Shown here one piece after another: positions 9,944 to 21,810 of a DNA stretch of 64,000 bases (the first letter of the stretch is position 1; each line of letters begins with the position of its first letter). Source of the DNA: Eledone cirrhosa (Eukaryota). A program made the position numbers and the translations under genes. The stretch lies in contig OZ024747.1 in assembly GCA_964016885.1 (NCBI GenBank), positions 81,406,001 through 81,470,000 on the forward strand, given 5' to 3'. The notes below the pieces were generated by a model. The model was not told where the DNA came from, searched no databases, and was given only the letters and a program-made list of their open reading frames with translations.

Positions 9944-11914
9944 GGTAGTCAACTTCCAACTAGGTGAATGCCATATTTTGACTTTATTTGATTTGATTTA
10001 TGGAGGCAGGTTCATAAAATCTGGCTAAGATAACAATGAGCTTCCTGGACCAAGAGAGTGGCAGGACATTCTGTGAATAACATCTAACACAGCATTCTGA
10101 TACCAGTTGCCAATTAACACTTTTGATACCCAACAGCCTGAAACTGATCCTGGTTCTATGATATAAATCTGTTTCTTTTAAAGTATCTATATTTATCAGA
10201 AACCTTCCATTGTAATATTATATAAGAACCTTTGTTAAGAATGAGTAAGTTAAATTGATTATTTTCAAAATGATTTGAAAATTATGGGCAGTTTCTTTCA
10301 TTAGTAATAGTTAAGTAATGACTGGAATTGTAACCTACTACTTTTAGTTAAAGACATTCCCTGAGATATTCCTGTCATTGTTGATATTAAGGATAGAAAT
10401 AATAACTTTTTCCAATGATATGATTGCAAAAGTGTTTGATAAAATTGATTTAAAATTTCTTGGATCTGCTGAGATAATTATAGTTCACAGAAACGTTTAG
10501 CCTAATCGCACTGAATGCATTACAGTAATATGGACAAACTAAAGTTAATCAGCAAGACAGAAATTCTATTATCATTGTAGATAGATAGAAATAGTATAGG
10601 ACATTCAGAATCATCATTCATTATATATAAAGATGAGAATTTTGTACAGAAAATTTCAATAAAATTTCCAAAGATAGGACTATTGTCTAGAATTCAAACT
10701 GTTGTTCTTGACACAGGCAATTCATTCCACAATTAGTTCAAAAGAGTTAATGGAAACTTAATAATAAGTGGGAAAAATTTCAAGAAAATTAAAATACAGT
10801 GAGGAAGGTTGCTGAGAGTTTAGAAATAGAAAAATATAATAGCAAAGATGTAATGTAAATTTTTAAATAGTTGTACAATGAAAGAAATGAATCATAGGAA
10901 TGACTCTTAATAGTTCTTTCAATGCCAAAGAAGTATACTTTGTTAGACTTAAAGAACGTATGTTGAAGCACAATGCTAGAGAACCAATTTACAAAGCTAT
11001 CATAGTAACAAATTATAATAAAGTTTCTGTCACAAAGAGGAAAGCAACAATGTTTATATACACAAGTAACTGTCATTTCTTTTATAATTTTGGGTAATAA
11101 AATGTCAACAAATGATGAACTTCAAGATGTTTTTGTTAGTTCCCAGAAGTGTGAATTCCAATGGTTTGGGCCATGTCATCTGCCAACCAGAGACACTTAT
11201 CGTCTATAAAGTATTGAGAGAGGGTTCCAAGGCTCACAAAAAAGAGACAGACTATTGAAGAGATGTTAAGGTAATAATATCTAATAAGACCTGAAAATGT
11301 TGCTTATGATGTGTAAATGACTAGCACAGAATCAGGAGCAATGGAGGAAACAGATACATCCTAATCAAGTGCATTGAATTAGCTCTATGCATAAATTATA
11401 AATCAAAACCATACACAGATCCTTTCCTGTATACATATATATCAGAGCAGATTATGCAAAAGACAAGTTTTAATAGCGGCTCTTGTTTAAATCTTGCTGA
11501 ATTTAATGTCTCATTAAATAATTTACATTTGTGCTAGCTTTGATATCAAGTCAATTTAAGTTTACTTGAAAATTTCAACATAACATGTACTGACAAAACA
11601 AGTAGTCCCTATTTCATAAATGAAGTTGAATTAATAAAACAAACTTTACACACAATCATTCAGCACACACACACTCTTTCCTACAGTTACATTCAATAAC
11701 ACAGCAAGTGTTTGAAGGTCACTTTCCCAGCTAAAGCAGGAATTGGTTGGATGCTGTTCTCCTCATAAAACCTTTTTACTACCTCACACTTACATGTAAG
11801 AAAATATATAAAGAAATTAATAAAATTTGAGAAAAGGTTTAACAACTTTTAAAAGGGTTCGAGCTATAGAGATGATATTGTGTACCACATAAGGAAACAC
11901 TACACATTATATGT

Positions 11915-12146
11915 AATAATAATAATAATGAAAATTATTGTGTACAGTGCTCAGGTGTACTTCAACTCATCAAAGGTGAATGTATAGTACATAGAATAAT
12001 GTAACAGTGTATGATTCATGATATACACAAAGATACATGTTTGTGTGTGTATGGAGGGGGAATATCAGGTGTAGTGTAGGCGAATTTCAGGAAGTATGGA
12101 AGTTTTGAAGGATGCAGTGTCCCAACAGCTAACAACCGATGTAGGT
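11915..12146 (-). mobile_element. CR1/L2-like LINE 3' end remnant
   Basis: Minus frame PTSVVSCWDTASFKTSILPEIRLHYT*, then a UTR and (ATT)n tail. Confidence 0.5.
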
Positions 12147-12340
12147 GTGAGAATAAAGTAAAGATTAAACCCAAATATAAATCTGTCACAATAACAATAC
12201 TATCTCATTTCAGACAATGAAAACACTGAAAACAAAACTTAAAACCAACAAAAAACTAATAAAAACAAAAGACATAAGAAAACAATGTAAAATGTTTCAA
12301 GATTGTAAAAATAATATAAATAAAAAGATTGAATAGTAAC

Positions 12341-12514
12341 CTTCGCAACGAGTTGGTTGTCCACTCCACTGATGGTTAGACATACATCGCCGCTCTGTTG
12401 ATCCGACAACATTGAAACCTGTGGGACAGTGGAATTTTAACACTGTGTTGTATGTGTTCCCAGAGCCTGACATGTGTCCATTCAGCGGTGCATGTAATTC
12501 TGGGCATCTTATTG
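12341..12514 (-). CDS. Internal exon encoding one Sushi/CCP domain (multi-CCP extracellular protein, lev-9-like or SVEP1-like)
   Basis: Acceptor ttttctttcaccag and donor G|gttact. 174 nt, phase 1-1. Peptide (P)IRCPELHAPLNGHMSGSGNTYNTVLKFHCPTGFNVVGSTERRCMSNHQWSGQPTRCE has the 4 Cys + Trp CCP pattern. Confidence 0.92.
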
Positions 12515-12710
12515 CTGGTGAAAGAAAAGCAAACAATCATAGATATTAGATTTGTAGCTGAATGTATATATCTACACACACATATCATCATCATCATTTA
12601 ATAATGTCTGTTTTCCATGCTGGCAGGGATTGGATGGATGGTGTATGTATATGTGTATATATATATATAAAGAACGCGGAATCAGTAATGCATCAAACCT
12701 CAATTTATTA

Positions 12711-12802
12711 ACATATTACATATGTTTCTCCATTGATCAGCTCGAAGCAGGATCTGTTACAGATCAAACCCAACTCTGCGTTCGAAGGGTCTTCAGATAT
12801 GT
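12711..12802 (-). ncRNA. Type-I hammerhead ribozyme motif with long helix II, in a ~200-bp TA-flanked insert (about 12670-12872)
   Basis: ACATAT-CTGAAGA-[long stem-loop incl. GATCTGT/ACAGATC]-GAAA-CATATG-TA-ATATGT. Helix I has 6 bp, helix III is palindromic (ACATATGT), and the base of helix II is imperfect. Confidence 0.7.
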
Positions 12803-13217
12803 CTTGTGTGTTCAAACATCTCAGCTGTTCTATCCGTAGCACATAATAGCATCCTGCAACCCTACAGCAACTATATATATATATACACACACAAACACTC
12901 ACTCACATAGATATCATTATCCTCATCATCATTTTACATCCACTTTTTCCTGCTTGCAAGGGTGGGTCTATATATATATGTATATATGTAGACTCTGTAA
13001 CTTGTAGTGGAGGCAACCAGTCTAGGAAAGTAGCCACTCTGAATGAAAACTGATGTAAATATAGAGGACTGTTATGTCCTTACAGGCAACCTCACTAGTG
13101 CTGGTGGCACAATAAAATAATAATGTACTCAGTCCATTATGTAAAGTGATTAATGACAGAAAGGAGATCCATCCAGAAAATGTGACAAAAATTAGGATGA
13201 ACACAATTTATGATATA

Positions 13218-13385
13218 AATAATTGTTTCTACTTTTGGCACAAGGCCAGCAATTATCCCAGTGTATTACTGGTACTTTATTTTATCGACCCGTAAGGATG
13301 AAAGGAAAAGTTAAACTCGGCGGGATTTGAACTCAGATCATAAAGGGAGGTAATTCTATGCTTCAAAGCATGGTGTCCGACCCTA
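13218..13385 (-). mobile_element. tRNA-derived SINE, family 1 (Meta-domain-like core)
   Basis: B-box GAGTTCAAATCCC, core CCTTTCATCCTTACGGGTCGATAAAATAAAGTACCAG, tail GGCCTTGTGCCAAAAGTAGAAACAATT. Confidence 0.85.
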
Positions 13386-13854
13386 ATAATTGTATATATA
13401 TCCAACACTTTCTATCAGGGGAAAATGCAGACATTAAATGATGATGATGATGGTAGAAATATGTAAAACCTGGAAAATTTCTTCTTATTCTCTCATTACA
13501 GTAGTAAAAAGAATCCTAGTGTTTGACCAACACTTTCCTAACCAGCTGACTATTTATCCACAAACTCTGGTAACTATTTCTGACAACTAGATCAATGTAG
13601 GTAAGGCGGAATGAAGTATCCTGTTCAAAAGTACAAGTAGATTTGAATAATTATATTTCAATGTTTAATATATTTGGTCAATTTTCTTGCATAGACACAC
13701 ATACAAATACATGTGCTCACTAGAGAATATGACAGAGGGAGAGGGAGAGAAAGAGAGGGGGAGCAATATATAACTGTATGCCTACAAGACAATGAAATAG
13801 AGATTCATTCATATACATAAATATACACGGTAATGTATAAGTAAAGATACATAA

Positions 13855-14708
13855 TCATCATCATCATCATTTTACGTCCGCTTTTCCCTGCTTGCAAGGG
13901 TGGGATGGGTCTTATTCAGCACACATCTCTCCACTCGTCACGGTCCTTCGTCATCTCCACCGTCAGCTTCAATGATCTGAGGTCTGTTCTCACCACCTCC
14001 GCCCATGTTTTTCGTGGTCTACCTCTACCACGTCTTCCTTCAACTGGCATTTCCTGGCACTTCTTCACCAATCGGTCATCCTCCATGCGCATCACATGTC
14101 CATACCACCTCAGTCTCTTCTCCCGTACACTACATTCTATCCCTCTCAGACAGTTTCTCTCTCAACACATTCATGCTGGGTCGTTCACGCACATTTACAC
14201 TGCACATCCTTGCCTCATTTCTCTCCAGCCGTCGCATATCCTCTGCAGTTGCTGCCCATGTCTCACTACCATGCAGCATCGCGCTCCTCACACAGGCATC
14301 ATACAACCGGCCTTTCTTCTGAGAAACCCTTCTTCGTCAACAGAGGAAGCAGCTCCCTAAACTTCTTCCAACCCGTCCTTATTCTAGATACTATGGCCTC
14401 GGAACACCCTCCTCCCATGCTAATCTGATCTCCTAGGTACCGGAAGCTATCCACCACTTCTATAGCACCCTCCTGCATTTGAAAAATGTGTCTATCAATG
14501 CGACTTCTACTGTCTAATTTCCCTGTACATCTACTGCATACATATTTCTCCCTACCTGTTAGTTTGCCTGCTATCCCGCTACATCTCTTGTGTACCCAGG
14601 ATCTGCATTGTGTGCATTTTATAGAATTTATGCCAGTTCCTTTTCTGCATATCGAACATGGCCATTTCCCTGACGGAATCAGGGTTTTGTCCTCTTTTCT
14701 ACTCATCA
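13855..14708 (-). mobile_element. 5'-truncated RTE LINE (frameshifted) with PHD finger within the RT C-terminus
   Basis: GKWPCSICRKGTGINSIKCTQCRSWVHKRCSG..CSRC, VDSFRYLGD, GWKKFRELLPLL. The tail is (GAT)n on the minus strand. Confidence 0.92.
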
Positions 14709-14721
14709 ATATATATATATA

Positions 14722-15363
14722 CTAGCAGTGGTACCGGGCATTGCACGGGATAAGGTATTTTGGAACGTGGGCCACCAACAGACCTAATCGTGGAAAAACT
14801 GCATGCCTGGACAATATGTAAAGAAAATAAACCGAATACTCTGATGGCTGGATAATCTTTAAGATTTTCCTTGGTGAAGCAGGAAAAATGCAGGTTTTCA
14901 CCTAATGTGGGCCCTAGGGATCAATAAAATGAATTTCTTTTATGTGCATAATATGCCTTGAAATTTCGGGAAAATCAGCTAGACGTAACGCTTCAAAAAA
15001 ACCCTAAAAAGCTGAAAAAATGAAGTTCTTCACCTAATGCGGGCTCTAGGCCATAAAAATGTTGGATTTTCTTTGCTCACGGTATGAAAAAGAGACTGAC
15101 TAATACATAGTTACAATTTTAAGGAAATCGGTCTGACGTAACACCTCAAAACACCACTAAAAAGCTGAAAAAATGCAGTTTTACACCTAATGCAGGCCCT
15201 AGGGGATCAAAAAGTTGAAATTTATGTGCATAACACTACCTGAAGCATAAGTAATACACATGTAAAGTTTGAAAATTTGAAAAAAATCGGTTGGTTACTT
15301 CTCGAGTTTTAGGGATTCAAACTCACAGACACACACACACATCCTCAGTTTTATATATATAGA
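14722..15363 (-). mobile_element. Non-autonomous Helitron with internal ~140-bp imperfect repeats
   Basis: Minus strand starts A|TCTATATATATAAAACT and ends CCCGTGCAATGCCCGGTACCACTGCTAG|T. Insertion is at AT with no TSD. The repeat CACCTAATG.GGGCCCTAGG occurs three times. Confidence 0.8.
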
Positions 15364-15480
15364 TATCATCATCATCATCATCATCATCAAAAGACATATA
15401 TATATATATACAATATATACACACATATATATAAATACACACACACACATATATATATATAAATATACACACACACACAC

Positions 15481-15513
<33 letters not shown>

Positions 15514-15614
15514 GTGTAAATGAACTAATTCCGTCGGAAAAGTCCAGGAAAAAAGAGTGCTCTATGTAGGTAACAGAGCTTAATAGTTATGTAATAAACA
15601 ACATAAGGCAATTA

Positions 15615-15675
15615 TTTCATTTACCAGTGGTTTCTTAAAAGCAAACAAATTTTGCTTTCAATCATCAGAATGAAA
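15615..15675 (-). ncRNA. Canonical-core type-I hammerhead ribozyme in a PLE pLTR-like remnant (about 15515-15775)
   Basis: TTTCATT-CTGATGA-TTGAAAGCAAA-atttg-TTTGCTTTTAA-GAAA-CCACTGG-TA-AATGAAA. Helix I has 7 bp, helix II has 11 bp (one G-U), and the triplet is GUA. Confidence 0.82.
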
Positions 15676-15774
15676 AAATCCTGCTGTATTTATTGGCGTT
15701 GGATTTTAAAAACAAAAATATAATCTATATGAAAGTGAGGCTGGAAAAGGAAGAAGGAAAGGAAAAATAAAAAC

Positions 15775-16087
15775 ACACATGCAAATACACACCAACACAC
15801 ACACAATTATATACATACACACATCATCATCATCATCATCATTTTACGTCCGCTTTTCCCTGCTTGTATATATATATACATACACACATACATACACACA
15901 CACACATATATATATGTGGATATATATACATACACATACATATACACATAAATATCAACATATCCATACATACACATACATACAAATACACAAATGTGCA
16001 TACACACACACACACACACACACATATACATGCATATATATATATACATAAAAATATATATATACATACACACACATACATATATAT

Positions 16088-16119
<32 letters not shown>

Positions 16120-16522
16120 ACATACATACATACATACATACACATACATACATACACACAATCACACGTACATACATACACATACATACACACATATATA
16201 CACGCATACGCATGCACAAATATAGAAATATGTACACACACCTACATACTCACACACACAAATAAATATAATAAAAAATATATAATAATAAAAAAATAAA
16301 AATGAATATAAAGATTATTATAGTGTTGACAGCGATACAGGCAACACATAAACAAACAAATACACGTGGTAAGCAATACACACAAATGCACGTACACATA
16401 CATACGTAAAAATAAATACATACACAAACTCTCACACATACATATACAAATACATATACACATACATACGCATACACATATACATACACACACACACCAT
16501 ATACATATATACACACACATAC

Positions 16523-16571
<49 letters not shown>

Positions 16572-16662
16572 CATACACATACATACAAATACAAACACAC
16601 ACATATGTATGTGTGTAAAACTCATTCTTAGATATATTCATATGAACCTTGTTTAACTCTAA

Positions 16663-16731
<69 letters not shown>

Positions 16732-17275
16732 ATATATATACATACACATATATACATCTACATATATATATATATATATATATATACCTACACACACATA
16801 TACATACACATACGTATGCATACATACATACACACACACACATATAATTATATATATAAGGAAGAACATAAATATTATATAAAAAAACCTAAATATTGTA
16901 TATAAAAAAAAAATAAAATAAAAAAAAAATAAAAAGTTGGGAATACGACAAATGATAAATAAAAAAATATATTTAGAAAAGGGTATAAATGTTTATAACA
17001 GATTTAGAGCACTCAACAAGTTCCTGGAGCAAATGATCAATGAAAATAAGCATTAAATCACTGTATGTAATTATGCATACACACACACACATACATATAC
17101 ATATATATATAATATATATACATATATATACATACACACACACACATACAAACACAACCACAGAAATACACACGCACATACATATACGTATATATATATA
17201 TATACACTCACATAGGAAAAAGTCTGACCCCACGGCAGAGCTCAAGCCGTTTCTGAGGCTATTATATATATACAC
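15775..17275. repeat. Compound (TA)n/(CA)n/(TACA)n microsatellite field
   Basis: Visible dinucleotide and tetranucleotide repeats. Similar fields occur at 6680-7130, 36960-39780 and 56500-57010. Confidence 0.95.
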
Positions 17276-19870
17276 ACAAAACCATTATATAAAAAATATA
17301 TATATTATAAATGTATTAAAAGCCATTCAATTTCATTCAAATAACAAAGGAAAATGGTTATCAACATGTTACAGTTTTACTGTATTATAACTCCTATTCA
17401 TTCTATCATATTAAACTCAGTTAGAAGGTATCCATATTTTCTATATAGATAGAAGCAAGGAATTGCAGTGCTGGGTTGCAAGGATACAATGCACAATGCT
17501 TCTCTGAAAAGGTCATCCATCTAATTGGAAAACATTAATTTAACATCATATGATTCAATATATCAGCTTATTTGGATGTTACTTGCCATAACTTCACCAA
17601 TGTGGAACAGTCAGCAAAGTCATGTGCACTGCCCCTCCTTTGAATAAAAAGTATAATGATGATAGTTTTGGTAAGCTCCTCATTCATGAATTTTTGATAT
17701 GCAATCAAGCTTCCTGGTAATCTAAAAATCCATCTTAAAATTATATAATGCAAACCAAAATAAATATGCAAATCTTTATGATATTCTATAATCTATTTCT
17801 GATACTGTAGAAATGTCTAATTGTACAAAATAAAATAATCGTATGCAGATATTATTACTAAAATAAAATACAAAAAAAGTGACTTAAAAACATGCAACAT
17901 ATATTTCATTTTTTTCTCTTTGAAGTTACGTACTGGTTGAATGGTTAAACTGCTGAACCAAAGCCTTTTATGCTAAGATAAAGTTTGTTAACCTTTTAAC
18001 CCTCCTCGACATGGACACCTCTGTCTGACTTTACCCTCCACCTGGGCTTCTGAGCAACAAATAAATTGTTGCAAACACAGCTCAAGAATAATGATAGTAG
18101 GCAAACTAATACATAAATCAACACAAGACACATAAAATATGTCTCCCCACCTATCACTTAGTTTTACATAATCTCCATCACCCCTATCAAGATCAAATGT
18201 GTGAGGGCCACACTGATATTGTTTGTCATTACATTCCTCACCAATTTTACAAGTTTCCTTATCCAAATCACTCTCACTCTCTGCACAGCTTCATTCATAG
18301 AATAAATATCATCAATAATTTCCTCAACTGTAAAGAGTCTAGACCTTGCTCATTTACCAGACGAAGTGCTGGCTTCATCATATGCTCGTTTCATTGCAAA
18401 AAAAAATCCATTTTTTCGATTAATAACAAAAGTAAACAACAGCTATAGGGGACACCATTAAGAATGAGTCATAAACACATGTAACTACGAAGCTGCAATA
18501 TGATTGCTTATTTTCTAATAAATATCAATATGTTTTATTGTAAAAAATGCAAGTGTCTTCTGTGGTTATGTAAATGGAAAAGGAAGGGAAAGGCAAGGGC
18601 TCTAGGGTCACAGAAGAATTGGAGGGTGAAGGGCTCTAGGCCTACGGTGCAGTAGTGTTGGGGTTGCACTCAGCAAAAAAAGCTGGAAAAGCATTCCTCC
18701 AGACAATGGCCAGTGACACCCACTGCAACAGCCACTCCACCTTGCAGGGCTCCTTCCATAAATAGGCTGCTGATGTTCCAACCTTGTGGAGCTTGGCAGT
18801 ATGGGGTCCAAGTACACCTGGGGTCTTGACAGTGACCGGTGCAATCAGAAGTGGCTAGACATTCCCCAATTTTCTATTTTTATTATTCTATCGTTATTTT
18901 TTTACATGTGTTATTCATTACCACTTTAATGGGAATCTGGTAAAGATCATGTTTAGGTTATCACCACAATAGTGAGAACACAGAGAGAAAGAGTTAATGC
19001 TAACCCACCTGAATCTCTCCCTCATTCTATGATGCTAAGCTGTTTTTTTCAGTGCTTGTATCATTCTAAATACCTTCTAGCATACCGATATATAAAAACC
19101 TTTAAGTTATGCTTTAAACACAAGATAAATAATTAAGAAAGACATTACTAAATCTCTTGAAATTCTTGATTATTTTCAAACTCATTTGAAAATTATAGGC
19201 AGTGTTTTTCATCAGAAATATGGAGATGAAAAGATTAAATCTAGATGTTTAAGTTAACAAAACTGTAAAACAAAGTATTTCTACACCAATACCGATCAAT
19301 GTTAAATACAGGATTTTAGCAGTACATACTGAAATTTATTACACAGAAAGAGTGAGGCTGCTCAAGTTGTGTCATGTTGACCTTTCACTCAACCAGTTCT
19401 ATGGCATATATACTTTCATTTACCAGATGATCATGGCAAGGATTTCCGGTTTAGTCTGAACAAAAGATGAAGGATAGGTATCTTTCCTGTCCTTAACTAT
19501 TAGCTAATTAGTGCATTTGTACTTAAACTATATCATAATTACTCAGAATAAAATATCAATGTCTTCTGAAACTCTGCCACCAACCATCTTTATGCAACTA
19601 CCTTTTACATACAAAACAAAAGGGTTCTCTGATTTATTTAATCAATTAAGGTTTTTCAATGGAATTGAATAGTACTAATTTGATATTGCAAATATGATAA
19701 ATTTGCTAACGATTTCCTCTATTTCTACTCTGTTCTTGCTAGACCACCTGATTCCTTTTCACTCCATTAACACATTCACTTCCTCCTTTTTCTCATTTGT
19801 AAATACGTTTCCGGCTGTGTGTATTTAATGTATGTATTGTGTGCATGTATATATATATATATGTATATAC

Positions 19871-19956
<86 letters not shown>

Positions 19957-20305
19957 ATGCATATATGTATATAGTAAAAGTTGCGTTAGCAGCCCAAATG
20001 ACCAATGGACAGTTTGGACAGAGTGCTTTTTGTCGTGTCACCAAAATGACCATTTCTCAGGATGGTCAATGTGCTTTTTGTTGAGTCACCAACACAACAA
20101 CTTTAGGTGGCTATAGGAAGAACAAAGGTAATGTAAAATGTATTTAATACATGCAGTAAAGCTTATTTTGACACCTGAAGAAGCTATTGGAAACTCAGTA
20201 TTAAGTCAGGTTAAACAATAAGCTTTATTTATCTTAAGACATCTGCGAATCAATGAGTAAACCCTACTACACATATCCCTTGCCCTGCAATCATACACAC
20301 ACACA

Positions 20306-20575
20306 CATCATCATCATCATTTCATTTTACGTCCGCTTTTCCCTGCTTGCAAGGGTGGGACGGGAACTGATTCTGGCTTGGTTTCTACAGCCGGATGCCC
20401 TTCCTAACACCAACCTCATTTACAGTGAGTGCTGGGTACTTTTTTGCCGTGGCACCTCCACGACCTCTTTGCAATGGAATGATATGGACCCCAGTCACTA
20501 TCATCTCATTTCTACAGCTGAGTAAACTGGAGCAATGTGAAATAAAGTGTCTTGCTCAAGGAAACAACACATCAC
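20306..20575 (-). mobile_element. Chimeric SINE: family-2 core fused to an RTE-derived 3' tail
   Basis: Near-identical to 45700-45935. The 3' part matches RTE 3' UTR and terminal stem-loop sequences in this window. Confidence 0.75.
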
Positions 20576-20638
<63 letters not shown>

Positions 20639-20885
20639 CGTATATGTATATATATTGTGTGTGTATATGTGAAAGTGTATGGCTTAGTGGTTAGAGCAAC
20701 ATGATCACTTTACAGTGTGGACCGAGGGCTGGATGGGGTGTTAGGATGTGGGTGGAGAGTGCAGTTTTAGAATGTGGGAGGTGTATGGAAGGGTAGGGGA
20801 AGATAGGGGAAATGGTGCACACATTGCATGTGTTTACTGCGTGTTTGCTTATATATATTGTTAATAGGAAAAAATGAATCCTTAC

Positions 20886-21059
20886 GTTTACAAACTGGTA
20901 ACGATCCTGACCAAACACCATTGGCCTGGCATTCTCTTACTGGCTGACCATGTAGCTCGTACCCTTCATTGCAATGGTAGGTCACCTTGCCTGGAAACCT
21001 AAACCTTTTACCCTCACGTCTACCATTCACCAGTTCTCCGGGGAATCCGCAATTTCTAT
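20886..21059 (-). CDS. Internal exon encoding one Sushi/CCP domain (same gene as 12341-12514, upstream exon)
   Basis: Acceptor ttttcctgcag and donor C|gtaag. 174 nt, phase 1-1. Peptide RNCGFPGELVNGRREGKRFRFPGKVTYHCNEGYELHGQPVRECQANGVWSGSLPVCK splices in frame (C+CA = Pro) to the next exon. Confidence 0.94.
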
Positions 21060-21625
21060 CTGCAGGAAAAAATATATGAAAATTATATATATTACTCTAT
21101 TCAAAATTATTTTCAAAATACTTATGAAAAAATTAAGAAAACGTTTGAAATCAATTTTAGAACATTGAATTTACTTAATAGTCATGTTGCTTCAAGTGAG
21201 AAATTTTAACTCATAAATTTCAAAGAAATTTTTGGTAATCCTCTTTATAATTTCAAAATTGACATTGGCCAAATCAAAATAGACACTTTGGTTTGCATTT
21301 CATCATTAGTTTGAAAGAGTGTGTCTGTATAGCTTTTTTTGTGTTTAGTTTAAAAAACATTAAAGAAGCATGGGCTGAAATATAGTGGTTCTATCAGGAA
21401 TTGTTTTTACAATGCAGATGGCTGAGAACTTATCATCCGTCACAGGCAGGCATATACATATAGATATATACATACAAACACATACAAAGATATATAGTAT
21501 ATATATGATTACAAAAATATACGTTATGAATTGGGGGAGAACTGTACCAGAGCAATACTTTTTCAAAACTAATATTCATGTGAATGAATTCCAGTTTTGA
21601 GGATAGCCAGAGAAGAAGAAATAAT

Positions 21626-21810
21626 TGTTTCTACTTTTGGCACAAGGCCAGCAATTACCCAGTACATTACTGGTACTTTATTTTCTCGATCACGTAAGGA
21701 TGAAAAGGCAAAGTTAACTTCGGCGGGATTTGAACTCAGACCATAAAGGGACGTAGCTATGCTAGAAAGCATGGCGTCCAACCCTCTATCGATACTGCCA
21801 ATTCACTGCC
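21626..21810 (-). mobile_element. Full-length family-1 SINE with target-site duplication
   Basis: A-box TGGCAGTATCG and B-box GAGTTCAAATCCC. CCAGAGAAGAAGAAATAAT is duplicated at 21607-21625 and 21810-21828. Confidence 0.92.

Noticed and set aside
10114-10310. Second TTAA-type MITE family (also about 18990-19240, 40765-41010, 61975-62205)
   Set aside because: Similarity is visible but too decayed to give reliable boundaries or TIRs by eye.
15779-17390. Numerous YI/HT/CV-rich ORFs (also 36964-39801, 56450-57100)
   Set aside because: Stop-free dinucleotide microsatellites, not genes.
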